Assembly: GCF_001194135.2 (NCBI RefSeq)
Contig: NC_068997.1
Location: forward strand, 50,530,620 to 50,593,925
Direction of reading: 5' to 3'
DNA from: Octopus bimaculoides
Lineage: Eukaryota
Length of the DNA stretch: 63,306 nt
Below are positions 12,591-24,570 of the stretch, one piece after another. The notes below the pieces were generated by a model. That model saw only the letters and a list, made by a program, of their open reading frames with translations, ran no database searches and had not been told where the DNA came from. A program made the position numbers and the translations under genes. Every line of letters begins with the position of its first letter. Within the stretch, counting starts at the first letter, position 1.

Positions 12591-13229
12591 CCAAGGTCAG
12601 CCTTACTTCAGCAGACCTATGATCGATGGCATTCCAGCCGTGACCATCCCGTTTTGGGGTTTTTTTCTTTTTCCTCTGTGTGAGGATTACATCGGATAAA
12701 TGTAATCCTATGATTACACAATCTGATGTCATGTTGATTTAAAGGAGATTTGGCTGTTATTTCCAGCTTGGTCTGTTGACCACGTAGGCAATGGCTCCTC
12801 TCGTTCGTTGGTTAGCAAGTACCAGTAATGGTGGACGTGATTGAATTACTGACGACGAAGGCGACGGTGCCGCTGGCGGCGGCAGTTGTGGTGATGATGA
12901 TGGTGGTGCTGGTGCTGGTGAATATCGGTCGACTGAGGAAGGGGCGGGGAGAGAATCGGTTACGTCACCACAAACCGCTCGCGTTTCGGGGGGCAGTAAG
13001 AGGAGGAGGAGGAGAGAAATAAATAAAGAAGGAGGAGAAAACATGTGTTGATATTAACAGTACAGATGGGTTGATATGCACACACACACACATGGATATG
13101 TACAAATAGCTGCTCAATAAAATATACAGGCACACACACACAAACTACATATTGTGTGTGTGTGTGTGTGTGCTTACCATAAAGCAAGTCGGTTGTTTAA
13201 ATTAAGATTAAGGTGTGTGTGTTATATGG

Positions 13230-13500
13230 AGGGGTGGTTAGAGTGTTGCACTAAAAACCCGGAGACCGTGGTTTCAATTCCTGGGCCGAGCGGCGCGTTG
13301 TGTTCTTGAGCCAAACACTTCGTGTTACCCTTACAATGATTTCGACATCTGACGTGTGGCACACAGTGCACCGACCTGTATATAGGCAATGTCGATTTGA
13401 TGGAAAGACTGAGCATTTGATCACAATAAACGATTCAATCTGTGCAGCTTGTTCAACAAGAAGTAACGGAACCCATATCTGTCGTCAACAAGAGAGTACG
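13230..13500 (+). mobile_element. tRNA-derived SINE, family F
   Basis: A-box-like GGTGGTTAGAGTG and B-box-like GGTTTCAATTCC; body GGCAATGTCGATTTGATGG is shared with 9810-9975. Confidence 0.6.
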
Positions 13501-13514
13501 CCATGTATGCATGC

Positions 13515-13545
<31 letters not shown>

Positions 13546-13589
13546 GTGCAAGCCAGTGAAGCGGGCCCGTTCTTCAATAATAGACCTAG

Positions 13590-13780
13590 CTAGAAATAGC
13601 AGCCAAATCTCCCGTAAATCACAATACTATGCAGTCTTAAAAAGAAATAAAATGTGGTTTGGGGACTCCCTTTTACCCTCACACACATACACACGGGGAA
13701 TAAAGACAGGATGGTCACGGTTGAAATGCCTTTGGTCATAGGTTTCCTCAAGCAAGGTTAAACTGGGGATAAACTACACC
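13590..13780 (+). mobile_element. Dispersed repeat family E (CTAGAAATAGCAGCCAAATCTCCC...GGATGGTCACGG..GAAATGCC), probable SINE
   Basis: Related blocks near 1950-2050, 6370-6530 (-), 12590-12770 (-), 15870-15950 and 55640-55790. Confidence 0.65.
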
Positions 13781-13939
13781 TACTTATACAAACATACTTA
13801 GATACACATGCATACATGTGTATTTCGCCTGCACGCGCACGCGCACGAGCCACTTTCACAACAATGATCGATTCAAATTTTGGCACAAGGCAATTTTTAA
13901 GAAGAGGCGGCAGTTAGCCGATTACATCGATCTCAAATG

Positions 13940-14041
13940 GGGCGGAGGTAAAGAATACGCACACCACCCGTTTTCAGCGCAAACCTGACCCTAACCCTAA
14001 ACCCCGAAAACGGGTGGTGTGCGTATTCTCTACCTCCCCCA
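13940..14041. mobile_element. 102-bp MITE with 32-bp TIRs and a telomere-repeat-like core, inserted in a family A SINE
   Basis: Arms 13944-13975 and 14006-14037 match at 31/32. Loop contains CCTGACCCTAACCCTAAACCC. Direct repeat CTCAAATG(G) at 13932-13940 and 14042-14050. Confidence 0.8.
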
Positions 14042-14819
14042 CTCAAATGGTACTTAATTTTATCAATCCCGAAAGGATGAAATCCAAAGTTGACTTCGGA
14101 AGGAACCGAATTCAGAAAGTAAAGAACCAGAAGAAATGCCGCTAAGCATTTTGTCCCATGCTCTAAGAATCCTACCAGCTTCGCGACAATCATGATAATG
14201 GTTTCAAATTGTAGCACAAGGCCAGCAATTCTTGCCGGAGTGGGGATTAAGCTGATTACNNNNNNNNNNNNNNNNNNNNNNNNNNNNNNNNNNNNNNNNN
14301 NNNNNNNNNNNNNNNNNNNNNNNNNNNNNNNNNNNNNNNNNNNNNNNNNNNNNNNNNNNNNNNNNNNNNNNNNNNNNNNNNNNNNNNNNNNNNNNNNNNN
14401 NNNNNNNNNNNNNNNNNNNNNNNNNNNNNNNNNNNNNNNNNNNNNNNNNNNNNNNNNNNNNNNNNNNNNNNNNNNNNNNNNNNNNNNNNNNNNNNNNNNN
14501 NNNNNNNNNNNNNNNNNNNNNNNNNNNNNNNNNNNNNNNNNNNNNNNNNNNNNNNNNNNNNNNNNNNNNNNNNNNNNNNNNNNNNNNNNNNNNNNNNNNN
14601 NNNNNNNNNNNNNNNNNNNNNNNNNNNNNNNNNNNNNNNNNNNNNNNNNATGTGTTTGAATGCTTGTACTTGTCTAGTGTCAAAATGAACTAAACGAACT
14701 TCTGAAATAAATTCCTGTCGTGATTCGAAACCGTGTCATTTCATTTAGGCGAAGTCATTGCTTGATATAAAGAATCCATTACTGTTGCTTTCATTGTTTT
14801 ATCAATATCCTTTTATCTT

Positions 14820-15025
14820 AAGGCGGCGAGCTGGCAGAATCGTTAGCACGCCGGGCAGGCGAAATGCTTAGCTTAGCTTACGTTCTGAGTTCAAATTCCG
14901 CCGAGGTCGACTTTGCCTTTCACGCTTTCAGGGTCGATAAATTGAGTACCAGTTGCGTACTGGGGTCGATCCAATCGACTGCCCCCCCCTCTCCCAAGAT
15001 TTCGGGCCTTGTCCTAGAGTAGAAA
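14820..15025 (+). mobile_element. tRNA-derived SINE, family A (head GGCGGCGAGCTGGCAGAA)
   Basis: A-box TGGCAGAATCGTTAG, B-box GAGTTCAAATTCC and conserved GCCTTTCA..CTTTC.GGGTCGATAAATT.AGTACCAG core; more than 15 copies or fragments in the window. Confidence 0.9.
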
Positions 15026-18000
15026 AAAAAGAAAATTCTTATCTTTTACTTGATTCAGTTATTGGACTGCGGCCATGCTGGGGCACCGCCTAGTCGAATG
15101 AATCAACCCAGTAGTTGTTTTTAGGGGGGTTTTTTGGTCTCTTTTGTAAGTCTGGAACTTATTCTATCAGTTCTTTTGCCGAACCGCTAAGTTACAAGGA
15201 CGAAAACAAACCAACACTGGCTGCCAAGCGGTGTGTTGGAGAGCAAACGCAAATACAAAGCCACACACACATATGACAAGCTTCTTTCAGTTTCCGTCGA
15301 CCAAGTCCACTAACAAGTCTTTTGGTTCGTCCGGAGCTATAGTAGAAGAAATGCGCCCAAGGTGCCACGCAATGGGACTGAACCCAGAACCATGTAGTTG
15401 AGAAACAAACTTCTTAACACACAGCCACGCCTGCGCCTTCCTCGAGTTTTTTCTTTGTTCTCGCATACATGTTATATAAACTGTGTAGTCATTGCGTACA
15501 AGTCACATCTTGTCACTTAACAAAATTACTTCACATATTTGTTTTTATAACTTCAACTATTATTCATGGTGTTTCAATTAAAGGTGACATTTTCCCCAGC
15601 AGTAATTGTGAAATTGTTATTGCTTTAATTTTTACTATAATTTTCTTGTTCTCTTTCTTCTTGTGACTTTATTACGTTCATCGTCTTCTCAACGACTCGT
15701 GCAACGGAAATTTCCATTGTTTCATGTGAAATAGAAGAAGGAGAGGAAACCAGGAGTTGCAACATAGAAAGTGTGTGTGTGGTGGAGGCAACGGAGTAAC
15801 TAAAGCCCCCCTCTTCCTCCCCCTTCTCTCTCTCTCTATCTATCTATCCTCTCCGTAGGCGCTCGACGTACTAGAAATAGCAGTTAAATAACCCCTCAAA
15901 ATAACACTATACGATCTTTAAGACCAAAAATAACACATTGAATAATGTAATCTCCTATATATTCGTTTATCCATTATCTTAGTCATTATACTGCGACCAT
16001 GCTGGGGCCTTGAAGAGTTTTTTAAGTCGAACGTATCAACAGCAGTAATTTTTTTTTTTTTTTTTTTAGTCTGTTACTTATTCTATCGGTCTATTTTGCC
16101 GAACTGCTAAGTTACAGGGACGTAAACAAACCAACACCGGTTGTCAAGTGGTGGAGGGACAAACACTGACTCATGCGTACACGCACGCGCACACAATTTT
16201 TAGGACGGTCTTGTACGTAGTTTCCGTCTAGCAAAGCTACAACAAATAATCCTTCCTACTTTAGGCACAAAGGCTGAAATTTTGGGGAGGAGAGGGTTTA
16301 ATCGATCACATCGACTCCCAGTATTCAACTGGTACTTATTTCATCGAAAGTCAACCTCGTCAAAGATCTGATCTTAGAACGTAAAGAGCCTGAAAAAATA
16401 CCGTTAAGCATTTTCACGTCATCACCAAGAAGAAGAAAAAAAGGGACTCTTATAAGGGAGACAACCACCTAGTGTTAACTAGGAAACCCTCATAGATCCA
16501 GGATTTCCCAGATTGACATGGGTAAGGGCTCTCTCCTCAAACCCATTCTCCAGCCGACAAGTATATGTTAAAAACAGACACACTTACTCGAGTCATACAC
16601 TACACTCACGTCTTTCAAGGAAATCAACATGAGGGCAGCAGCTCCCTCTCCAGTAGTACTTAGACAAAAAACCGGGAAGGCTTAGACGAAGAGGAAGATG
16701 TCTATATTCATTCCTTAATAGCGCCCACCATACAACCGCTTTCTCCAGAATCACCAGGCAGAAGAAAACTGGCTGGTTTTCCTGGCTAAAGAAGGCAGCG
16801 GAACAATATTCACCATGGATTCAGCCCGTCTCGCTGGACTCTTCTTACAAACTACAATAAAACTCCACAGCTCAATGATGCTCAAGCACTGAACGAATGT
16901 GTACAAAATAGTTTCGTCCCTACGCAATCATATATTTTGTCAGGGTGACGGCAAAAATAATGTGCATTTAATAATAGTTTCTTATATACATAGGTCCTAG
17001 CCCGGAAAATCAGAGGGATGGGAGCAGTTAATCATATCAACCCCAGGACATTTTATCGATCCAGGAAGGATAAAAAACAAAGCTGACTTCGGCAGGACTT
17101 GAACTCAGAAGGTAGAGGCATTTTTCTGATGCTTTAATGATTTTGCCAAACAACTCTATAACGTAAATTTAAGAAAACATTAGCAAGCAACTTTCACTTT
17201 CGATAATGAGAAAGGCTAAGTATTGTACTTTTTTCACTCTCCAACAATGTTTTCATTTCAAATGATCACCAAAGTCTGTAAAATCTACTTCGTCAACGTT
17301 ACATATATTTGGTAGGCAGTTGACAAATCTAATTCACAGTCACTAAGAAAAAAGTAACTGTTAGAATCAATGAGGCCTAAAGTACTTTTTAAAGAAATTT
17401 TTAAAAGACCAAAAGTAAATTGGACGAGGTTGGGAGTGAGTGTTAAGAAACCAGGAGTGTATGACACAAACAAACTCAAACACTAAGTATTCGGCGAATA
17501 TTTTGCTACAAGGGTAACCGAGGGAAGAGGGGACATTACAGAGACAAGTTTACAACTACATACATATACACACACTACCGAGTGTGAAGTTACAGAATTG
17601 ACTCATACACATACATGTGTGGAAATGTGTGTGTGTGTTGTATTTGTCCTCACCACCGTTTGGCAACAGGTGTTGGTGTGTTTACGTCCCCATAAATTAG
17701 CGGTTCAGTAAAAGGGACCGATAGAATAAGTACCAGGCTTGAAAATAAGTACTGAGGTCGATTCGTTCAAGGCGGCGCTTCAGCATGCCCACTCAAAAAC
17801 TACAAAAATCAACCCTTGCATTTGGCTATATTGGTGAGAGGGGTCTAATCGAATACATCGACCACCTCCAGTGCTCAACTGGTACTTATTTTATTGACCC
17901 TCGAAAAGCAAAGTCGACTTCGGCGGTATTTGAACTCAGAACCTAAAGCCATTAAACATTTTGTCCGGTGGATTAATAATTCTGCCAGCTCGCCACTTAG

Positions 18001-18291
18001 GAAAGCGCCATAGTATAAATGTTTTTAACACAAACAATATATTTGTGTTGATCTTTAATCCCAGGTCATCCTTAAACGAGCAGACCTCCCACCAAAAATG
18101 TGTTCCAATCGTGACCATTTTGTCTTTTTAAGGGTATCTACCACCAACACCTCAACATCCGTTACACCAAGTCTCTTTTCTTCGTTTGAAAGTGTTGTCT
18201 AGGGTGATTTCGCTTTGTTTCTAGCACGTAGAGGGATCCTGCTGAGGCTTTCGCGTTCATGTAAATTAATCAAATTGTGGGCATATATATC

Positions 18292-19024
18292 TACACAAAT
18301 TTGCCTCCGACTTTGTTTTCTCATAACTTCTAGAAAAATAAATATCTTTTAATGAATTTTACTACAAATTTTACTACAAATACGCTTCAGGTGGTAAAAA
18401 TTTCGATTATATCGGAATTTGTAGTGAAAAAAAATTGTCCGCAGGTGGGGAGAGGAGTTTCGGAAAATTCACAAGAGTCGGTTTGTTTCCCTGTAACTTT
18501 CAGAAAAATGAGTACTTTTTTAGTGAAATCTGCTACAAACACCTTTCAGAGTGTGTAGATTACAATTATATAAGAATCTAATATGAAAAAAATATATATA
18601 TATAGTGACCACGCATACATACATACATACTGACACATCACAATTTTTTTTCGAAATTTCAAGTTTCATTTTGTAGACATATGTGATCTGTGTATGTGTA
18701 CAAGTTCACCAATTTTGTTTCATATAAAACTCCGATATATAATCGTAATCTACACAATCTGGAAGATACTTGTTGAAAAATTCATTATAAATTATCAATT
18801 TTTCTGAAAGTTATTAAGAAACAAAGCTAACTCGTGTGAATTCTCCGAAATTCCTCTCCTCACTCACGGAATCCCCCCCCCCTTTTTTTTTTTTTACAAC
18901 AAATTCCGATATAATTGGAATCTACACTATCTGAAGCGTATATGTAGAAAATTTCATTAAAAAATATCCATTTTTATGGAAGTTACGAAGAAACAAAGTC
19001 GGTGGGGGGGGGGGCACTTGTGTA
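18292..19024. mobile_element. Foldback-type non-autonomous DNA transposon with about 290-bp TIRs built from tandem subrepeats
   Basis: Left arm (about 18292-18585) matches the reverse complement of the right arm (about 18715-19024), e.g. CCGACTTTGTTT..TC.TAACTTC. Termini TACACAA/TTGTGTA, compatible with a TA TSD. Confidence 0.75.
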
Positions 19025-20044
19025 AGTGTGTCCAAATTGTGTTTATTCGGTATTTGATAAACCTGTGCTAATCGGACGGTACGAGTTCAAATACGAGGCC
19101 AGCGCAAGCGTGTTAAATAAAGAGCGGGCGGCTATGTTTGAACGCCGCCCCTTCTTCAAACACACGCACGCACACATCACATTCACGACACACAGACATA
19201 AGGATGGGCATATATGATAATAATATTTATTCGTTCATTCATTCAGCTATTCATTTTCAATACAACTCTTGTGCATCTCTCTCTCTCTCTCTCTACTGCT
19301 CCCTGCATGTATGTGTGTGTGTGTGTGTGTGATGCATGTGTTGGAAGTAATTATGTAAACATAATTTGAATCAAGAGGAATTTCGAGTGTAAGTTTTACA
19401 CACAAAGAAAGCAAAAGGTTAACGACCACTAAAGAGATCACTGTCGTCCGTTTGTGTTACTGTTGTACATAATATATGAAAGTATGCAAATACACATGCA
19501 TTATATATATTTCAATTCCACCCCCACCCCCACCAAGCAGGCTATTTACATGCTAGAAATATCAGCCAAATCTCACAAAACCAGGGTTAGGTTTACTCTG
19601 TGGATCTATATAAAGACCGGGGGTGGGGGGAATCGAAATTTTGAAATTGAGATTTTTTAAATATTTTTTTTCAGAATCGAAATCTCCATAGCCTAAAACG
19701 TGGGATTCCGTAAAAAAAAATAATAATAAGTGGGGAAAGGTTCAGATTACATATAGTCNNNNNNNNNNNNNNNNNNNNNNNNNNNNNNNNNNNNNNNNNN
19801 NNNNNNNNNNNNNNNNNNNNNNNNNNNNNNNNNNNNNNNNNNNNNNNNNNNNNNNNNNNNNNNNNNNNNNNNNNNNNNNNNNNNNNNNNNNNNNNNNNNN
19901 NNNNNNNNNNNNNNNNNNNNNNNNNNNNNNNNNNNNNNNNNNNNNNNNNNNNNNNNNNNNNNNNNNNNNNNNNNNNNNNNNNNNNNNNNNNNNNNNNNNN
20001 NNNNNNNNNNNNNNNNNNNNNNNNNNNNNNNNNNNNNNNNNNNN

Positions 20045-20406
20045 TTATATTATATATATATATATATAATTATATTATATATATATATATATAATTATAT
20101 TATATATATATATATATAATTACATTATATATATATATATATAATTACATTATATATATATATATATAATTACATATATATATATATATATAATATATAC
20201 ATATATTTAATATATTTATTACAAACAATATTAAACAAGGTAACAAGCATCTTCCTCCCCATATACATGTATACGTGCGTACATACGTACCTACGTGCGT
20301 GCGTACGGACAGACAGACAGACAGAAAGATAAACAAATAGATAGATCGACAGAAAGGTAGACAGACAGATCGACAGACAGATAGATCGACAGATAGATAG
20401 ATCGAC

Positions 20407-20447
<41 letters not shown>

Positions 20448-20525
20448 TAGGTAGATTGATCGACAGAAAGATAAACAGACAGATCGATCGACAGAAAGAC
20501 GGACAGATAGATAAGATAGAAAGAC
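20045..20525. repeat. (TA)n and (GATA/GACA)n microsatellites
   Basis: Directly visible. Confidence 0.95.
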
Positions 20526-21572
20526 TGAAAGAAGGATATGTATTCCATAGTTGAAAAAACGCGCTCAATGTGATAGACAAATAGGTTAAATATAAATAAA
20601 CCGACAGAAAAGTAGATAGATGATTATATAAATACACGGATGTGTAGAAGAGAAAAACAAATAAACGGTAAAAGTTGGTGCAGATCAAAGAATCGTTCTG
20701 CGAATTAAGTCAGTGCTGATCATGAAATGGTAAATGGCTTTCTTTCCAATCAGCCAAATAAATAAATTTGCATTTTTTGGATGGAATAATTTTGTTGGCA
20801 ACCATATTTTTACAACGGAATCCGCACTCGAATTTCATTTCAGTCAAAGATACATACACACACACGTACGCGTATGTACAAAACGGGCAAAATATCCAAT
20901 ATGTATATATTTCATAATATATATCTATACACATACACACATGTATACATCAATTTACACACACATACATACAAACACATAATATACACGCACGTACACA
21001 CTACATTATATATAAATATATATATATATATATAGTCGGTAAAACATAAATCCGAAAAAACATATAATATATATAACTGCAAAGATATGAAAACGAAAGT
21101 AAGCGACTGTTTTCATTCGTTCGAAATATTTGGAAAAAAAAGAAAAGAGAGAAAGAACAAGATGTTTATGTACATAAACATGGAAACCATACAGGTATAA
21201 ATATATGCGTATACACATCTATAATTGAGTATAGCAACACACGTACGTGTAAATGTATGCAGTGCTTTATACATTATTAGTGCGTGCGTGCGTATATGTG
21301 AATGTACTAGAAGTGTTTATGTGTGTGTGTTTACCGTTGAGACTATGTGTGTACACAATGCCCAACCTATGCGTGTATATGCGTACACAAATATGAGAGC
21401 GTATGTAAGGCTGTACCATCATACATGGATATCGGGTATCTGTGTGGGTGGCTTAGATTTAGATATGCATGTGTATGTATGTTGCATGTAAACGGAGCGG
21501 CTTGTGTATACTTCGGAGCTCGCGTGATTTTTCTATACAGGCATATAAACGATATGTATGTATGTGTACGTG

Positions 21573-21608
<36 letters not shown>

Positions 21609-21827
21609 ATAATATATATATATACATATATATATATAGGGGGTTGTGTGGGTGACTGGCTGGGCAGTTGTGCGTACGTGTGAGCGGTTTAAGTAAGCTG
21701 TAATTATGGGCGAAGCTTTGCATACGTACGTGTACGCATACTGTGAATGCTTATGTATATATGCATATCAAGATAAATATATAAACTATATATGTACGTG
21801 TGAACCAGAGAGTTTAAGTGTACTTAC

Positions 21828-21930
21828 CAAAGTCAATGAACTGTTTCATGGAAAGAGGGGACGGGTTGAACTGGGAATAATGATCCAAATATTGTCGGAA
21901 TTGTTGTAAAATACGTCTTGAAAATCTCAT
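21828..21930 (-). CDS. PDK: Pyruvate dehydrogenase kinase, mitochondrial: coding exon 1 (MRFSRRILQQFRQYLDHYSQFNPSPLSMKQFIDF|G)
   Basis: Matches the conserved PDK N-terminal motif (H/Y)xSxF(S/N)PSPLSMKQFxDFG. Arg-rich presequence-like start, ATG with A at -3, and perfect donor G|GTAAGT (intron starts at 21827) at the phase-1 position after DF. Confidence 0.92.
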
Positions 21931-22111
21931 TTTCAAAGTGTTCTTTACACATTCTTTAAAAGACGAAAGAAATATGGTGGGGTGAAGGCAGAGATGTAAT
22001 GTTATCTATACCTATGTCAAATTTGCTGGATACAATGACAAAAATGGTTAATGTGTCGCGAACGTAAGATAAATAAGCATGTGGCTAACGGAGAAGCCAT
22101 GGAGCACCAGT

Positions 22112-22121
22112 GTGACGTCAC
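22112..22121. promoter_or_regulatory. Palindromic CRE (GTGACGTCAC) in a CpG-enriched patch upstream of the PDK start codon
   Basis: TGACGTCA at 22113-22120, about 180 bp upstream of the PDK ATG; local CpG enrichment at 22050-22170. Function is inferred. Confidence 0.5.
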
Positions 22122-22283
22122 GTAGCGCGAACGTTAGAGCCAGGCGTGACTAAGTGATCAACACGAGTTTGTTTTCGTTTAAGGAGTCTTTTAATAAGGT
22201 TTGAACAAGGTGCTAGCTTTTATTTTAGGTAAGGAGATTAACAATGGGAATGCCAACGGACTTGCTATCCTGTTGGTATATAT

Positions 22284-22338
<55 letters not shown>

Positions 22339-22581
22339 GAGAGAGACAGACAGACAGAAAGAGACCAGACCGAGGGGAAGAGAGATAAAGAGAAATTATG
22401 TATGTGTGTGTATGCAGTGTATATATGTATATACATGCACACACACAGACACTGAACTGGCAAAATTATTATATATGTGTATGTGTGCGCGCGCGTGCGC
22501 ATCTATGTAGATAGATAGATAGATAGATAGGCAGACAGCTATTAATATATGTGTATATACATATTATACATACATACATAC

Positions 22582-22634
<53 letters not shown>

Positions 22635-22984
22635 GTACATACGCGTATATATACAGATATATATATATACACCCATATACATACAAACAGCTTGTAAAGG
22701 AGATCGTTGTTTATATATATATATATGTTTATATATATATATATATANNNNNNNNNNACATGTATACACACATATATGTACATACTTACATCTACATGTG
22801 TATATACATGCATATCAGGGTACAGGACGTTAGAACAATAAACTACAGACAACGGAACGAACACATAGGAAAACGGAAAGCCCCTTGGAATATCCCTTCA
22901 TCAGCTGTCTCTATTCTATCTAGACGTTTCGAAGACCAGACATATATGCATGTATGTATATGTATGTAAAGAGATTCAACATGA

Positions 22985-23165
22985 GACAGAATGTGACAAG
23001 GCCGGTCCTTTGAAATGCAGGCACTGCTCATTTTTGCCAGGTGAGTGGACTGAAACAACGTGAAATAAAGTGTCTTCCTCAAGGACAAAATGCGCCGCTG
23101 GGATTCGAACTCACGATCTTACGATCGTGAGCTGAATACCTTAACCACTAAGCGACGCGCTTTCA
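22985..23165 (-). mobile_element. tRNA-derived SINE family C, 5' part
   Basis: Minus strand reads GCGCGTCGCTTAGTGGTTAAGGTATTCAGCTCACGATCGTAAGATCGTGAGTTCGAATCCC; same head as 26790. Confidence 0.75.
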
Positions 23166-23399
23166 CACTCTATTAACAGAAGCCACCACGACGACGGTGA
23201 CGATGCTGGTGATAATAATGGCTCGAGTGGTCATGATTTCTTCTATAGGTATAAAAAAGCACATTATTTATGGAATGGCCCAGTAAAATAGCTAGTTTCT
23301 ACTTTGTACGAATTTCATCAACTCGGAGTGTAGAAAAGGAGGAAGAAATACTGAAACCAACTTCATGTCAGAGATTTAATATCAGTTTCAAATTCTAGG

Positions 23400-23720
23400 C
23401 ACAAGGCCAGCAATTTCGGGAGAGGGGTTAAGATCTTGGCGAAATTTGTTCTCAGAACCTAAATATGGACGAAATACCGCTAAGCTTTCTCTCCGGCGTG
23501 CTAACGATTCTTTTTCTACTCTAGGCACAAGGCCCGAAATTTTGGGGGAGGGGGGCAGTCGATTAGATCGATCCCAGTACGCAACTGGTACTTCATTTAT
23601 CGATCCCGAAAAGATGAAAGCAACGTCGACCTCGGTGGAATTTGAACTCAGAACGCAAAGACAGACGAAATGCCGCTAAGCATTCTCTCCGGCGTGCTAA
23701 CTATACTGCCAGCTCGCCGC
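23400..23720 (-). mobile_element. Head-to-tail family A SINE copies
   Basis: GGCACAAGGCC...GCTAAGC blocks repeat in tandem, ending in CCAGCTCGCCGCCTT. Confidence 0.8.
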
Positions 23721-24366
23721 CTTTGTCAGAGCATTAACGCTAAAAACTATTATCAATATCATCATTATCATCAGCATTACCGTTATCATCATCATCATCT
23801 AAAAAAAACTATGGTTAATTCAGAGACTCGATTATAACAGAGAATAAACCTTTTGGAGGTCTTTAATTCTCTTTAACGTTCTGCAAGGGATCTTTAAAAG
23901 GATCAGTCATGTACTGGGGAGCAAGTGAATTGACTATTATCACCTTCAAAACATGTTGCCTTCTGCCGATGTGAGAAAATAATTGTACACACACAAACAC
24001 ACACACATACACATACACATACACATTCATTATACTGGGTTGGCCAAAAGTCACCCGACAGTAAATCAAAATTCCATAAATACTTAATATTCACCGATTT
24101 TGTTTGTTTTTTCTACATTTTCATTTCATTTTCATTTTATCTAGTTTCAGCTCATGAGCTGTGGCCATGCTGGGGCACTGCAATATATGTCTATTTATTA
24201 GCGAAGTCTCATATAAAATAATTTTATGTATTAATCTTGGAATTAAATGGGTTTTGATTTACTGGAATTAGATGCGGCCATGCTGGGGTACCGCCTTGAA
24301 AATTTAAATCAGACAAATCTACCCCTGTACTTATGTTTTTTTTTTACTTATTCTATGGCTTTCTGC

Positions 24367-24570
24367 TGTAGTGGAAATAGTACACCCCTCCCACAGGACA
24401 AGCGGTATGGCCCAGCCACTATAAACACGGCGTGAACCAGTACAAGGAGTTGTGTAACAGTCGTTATACGAGTTCTCAGTTGGAGTTAAGAGTCAGTTAC
24501 GTGTTATAGTCGAGTTCGAGTGAGAGTCAAGGTTGACGGTTCAAAGTCGGTGTCTTAAGTTCTCCACCAA
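24367..24570 (+). mobile_element. Possible solo-LTR fragment
   Basis: Begins TGTAGTGG, has TATAAA at 24420-24425 and downstream CAGT-rich tracts typical of LTRs; no 3' CA end or TSD found. Confidence 0.3.

Noticed and set aside
17285-17385. Minus-strand phase-1 acceptor giving G-LIDSNSYFFLSDCEL, considered as PDK exon 2
   Set aside because: Only SYFFL resembles PDK; the invariant ELPVRLANIMKEI is absent and the frame ends in a stop.
20145-22969. ORFs rich in IYIY, THTH, CVCV or YLSI (also 30158-31026, 44636-45214, 54507-54782, 62088-62671)
   Set aside because: They are translations of (TA)n, (CA)n and (GATA)n microsatellites.
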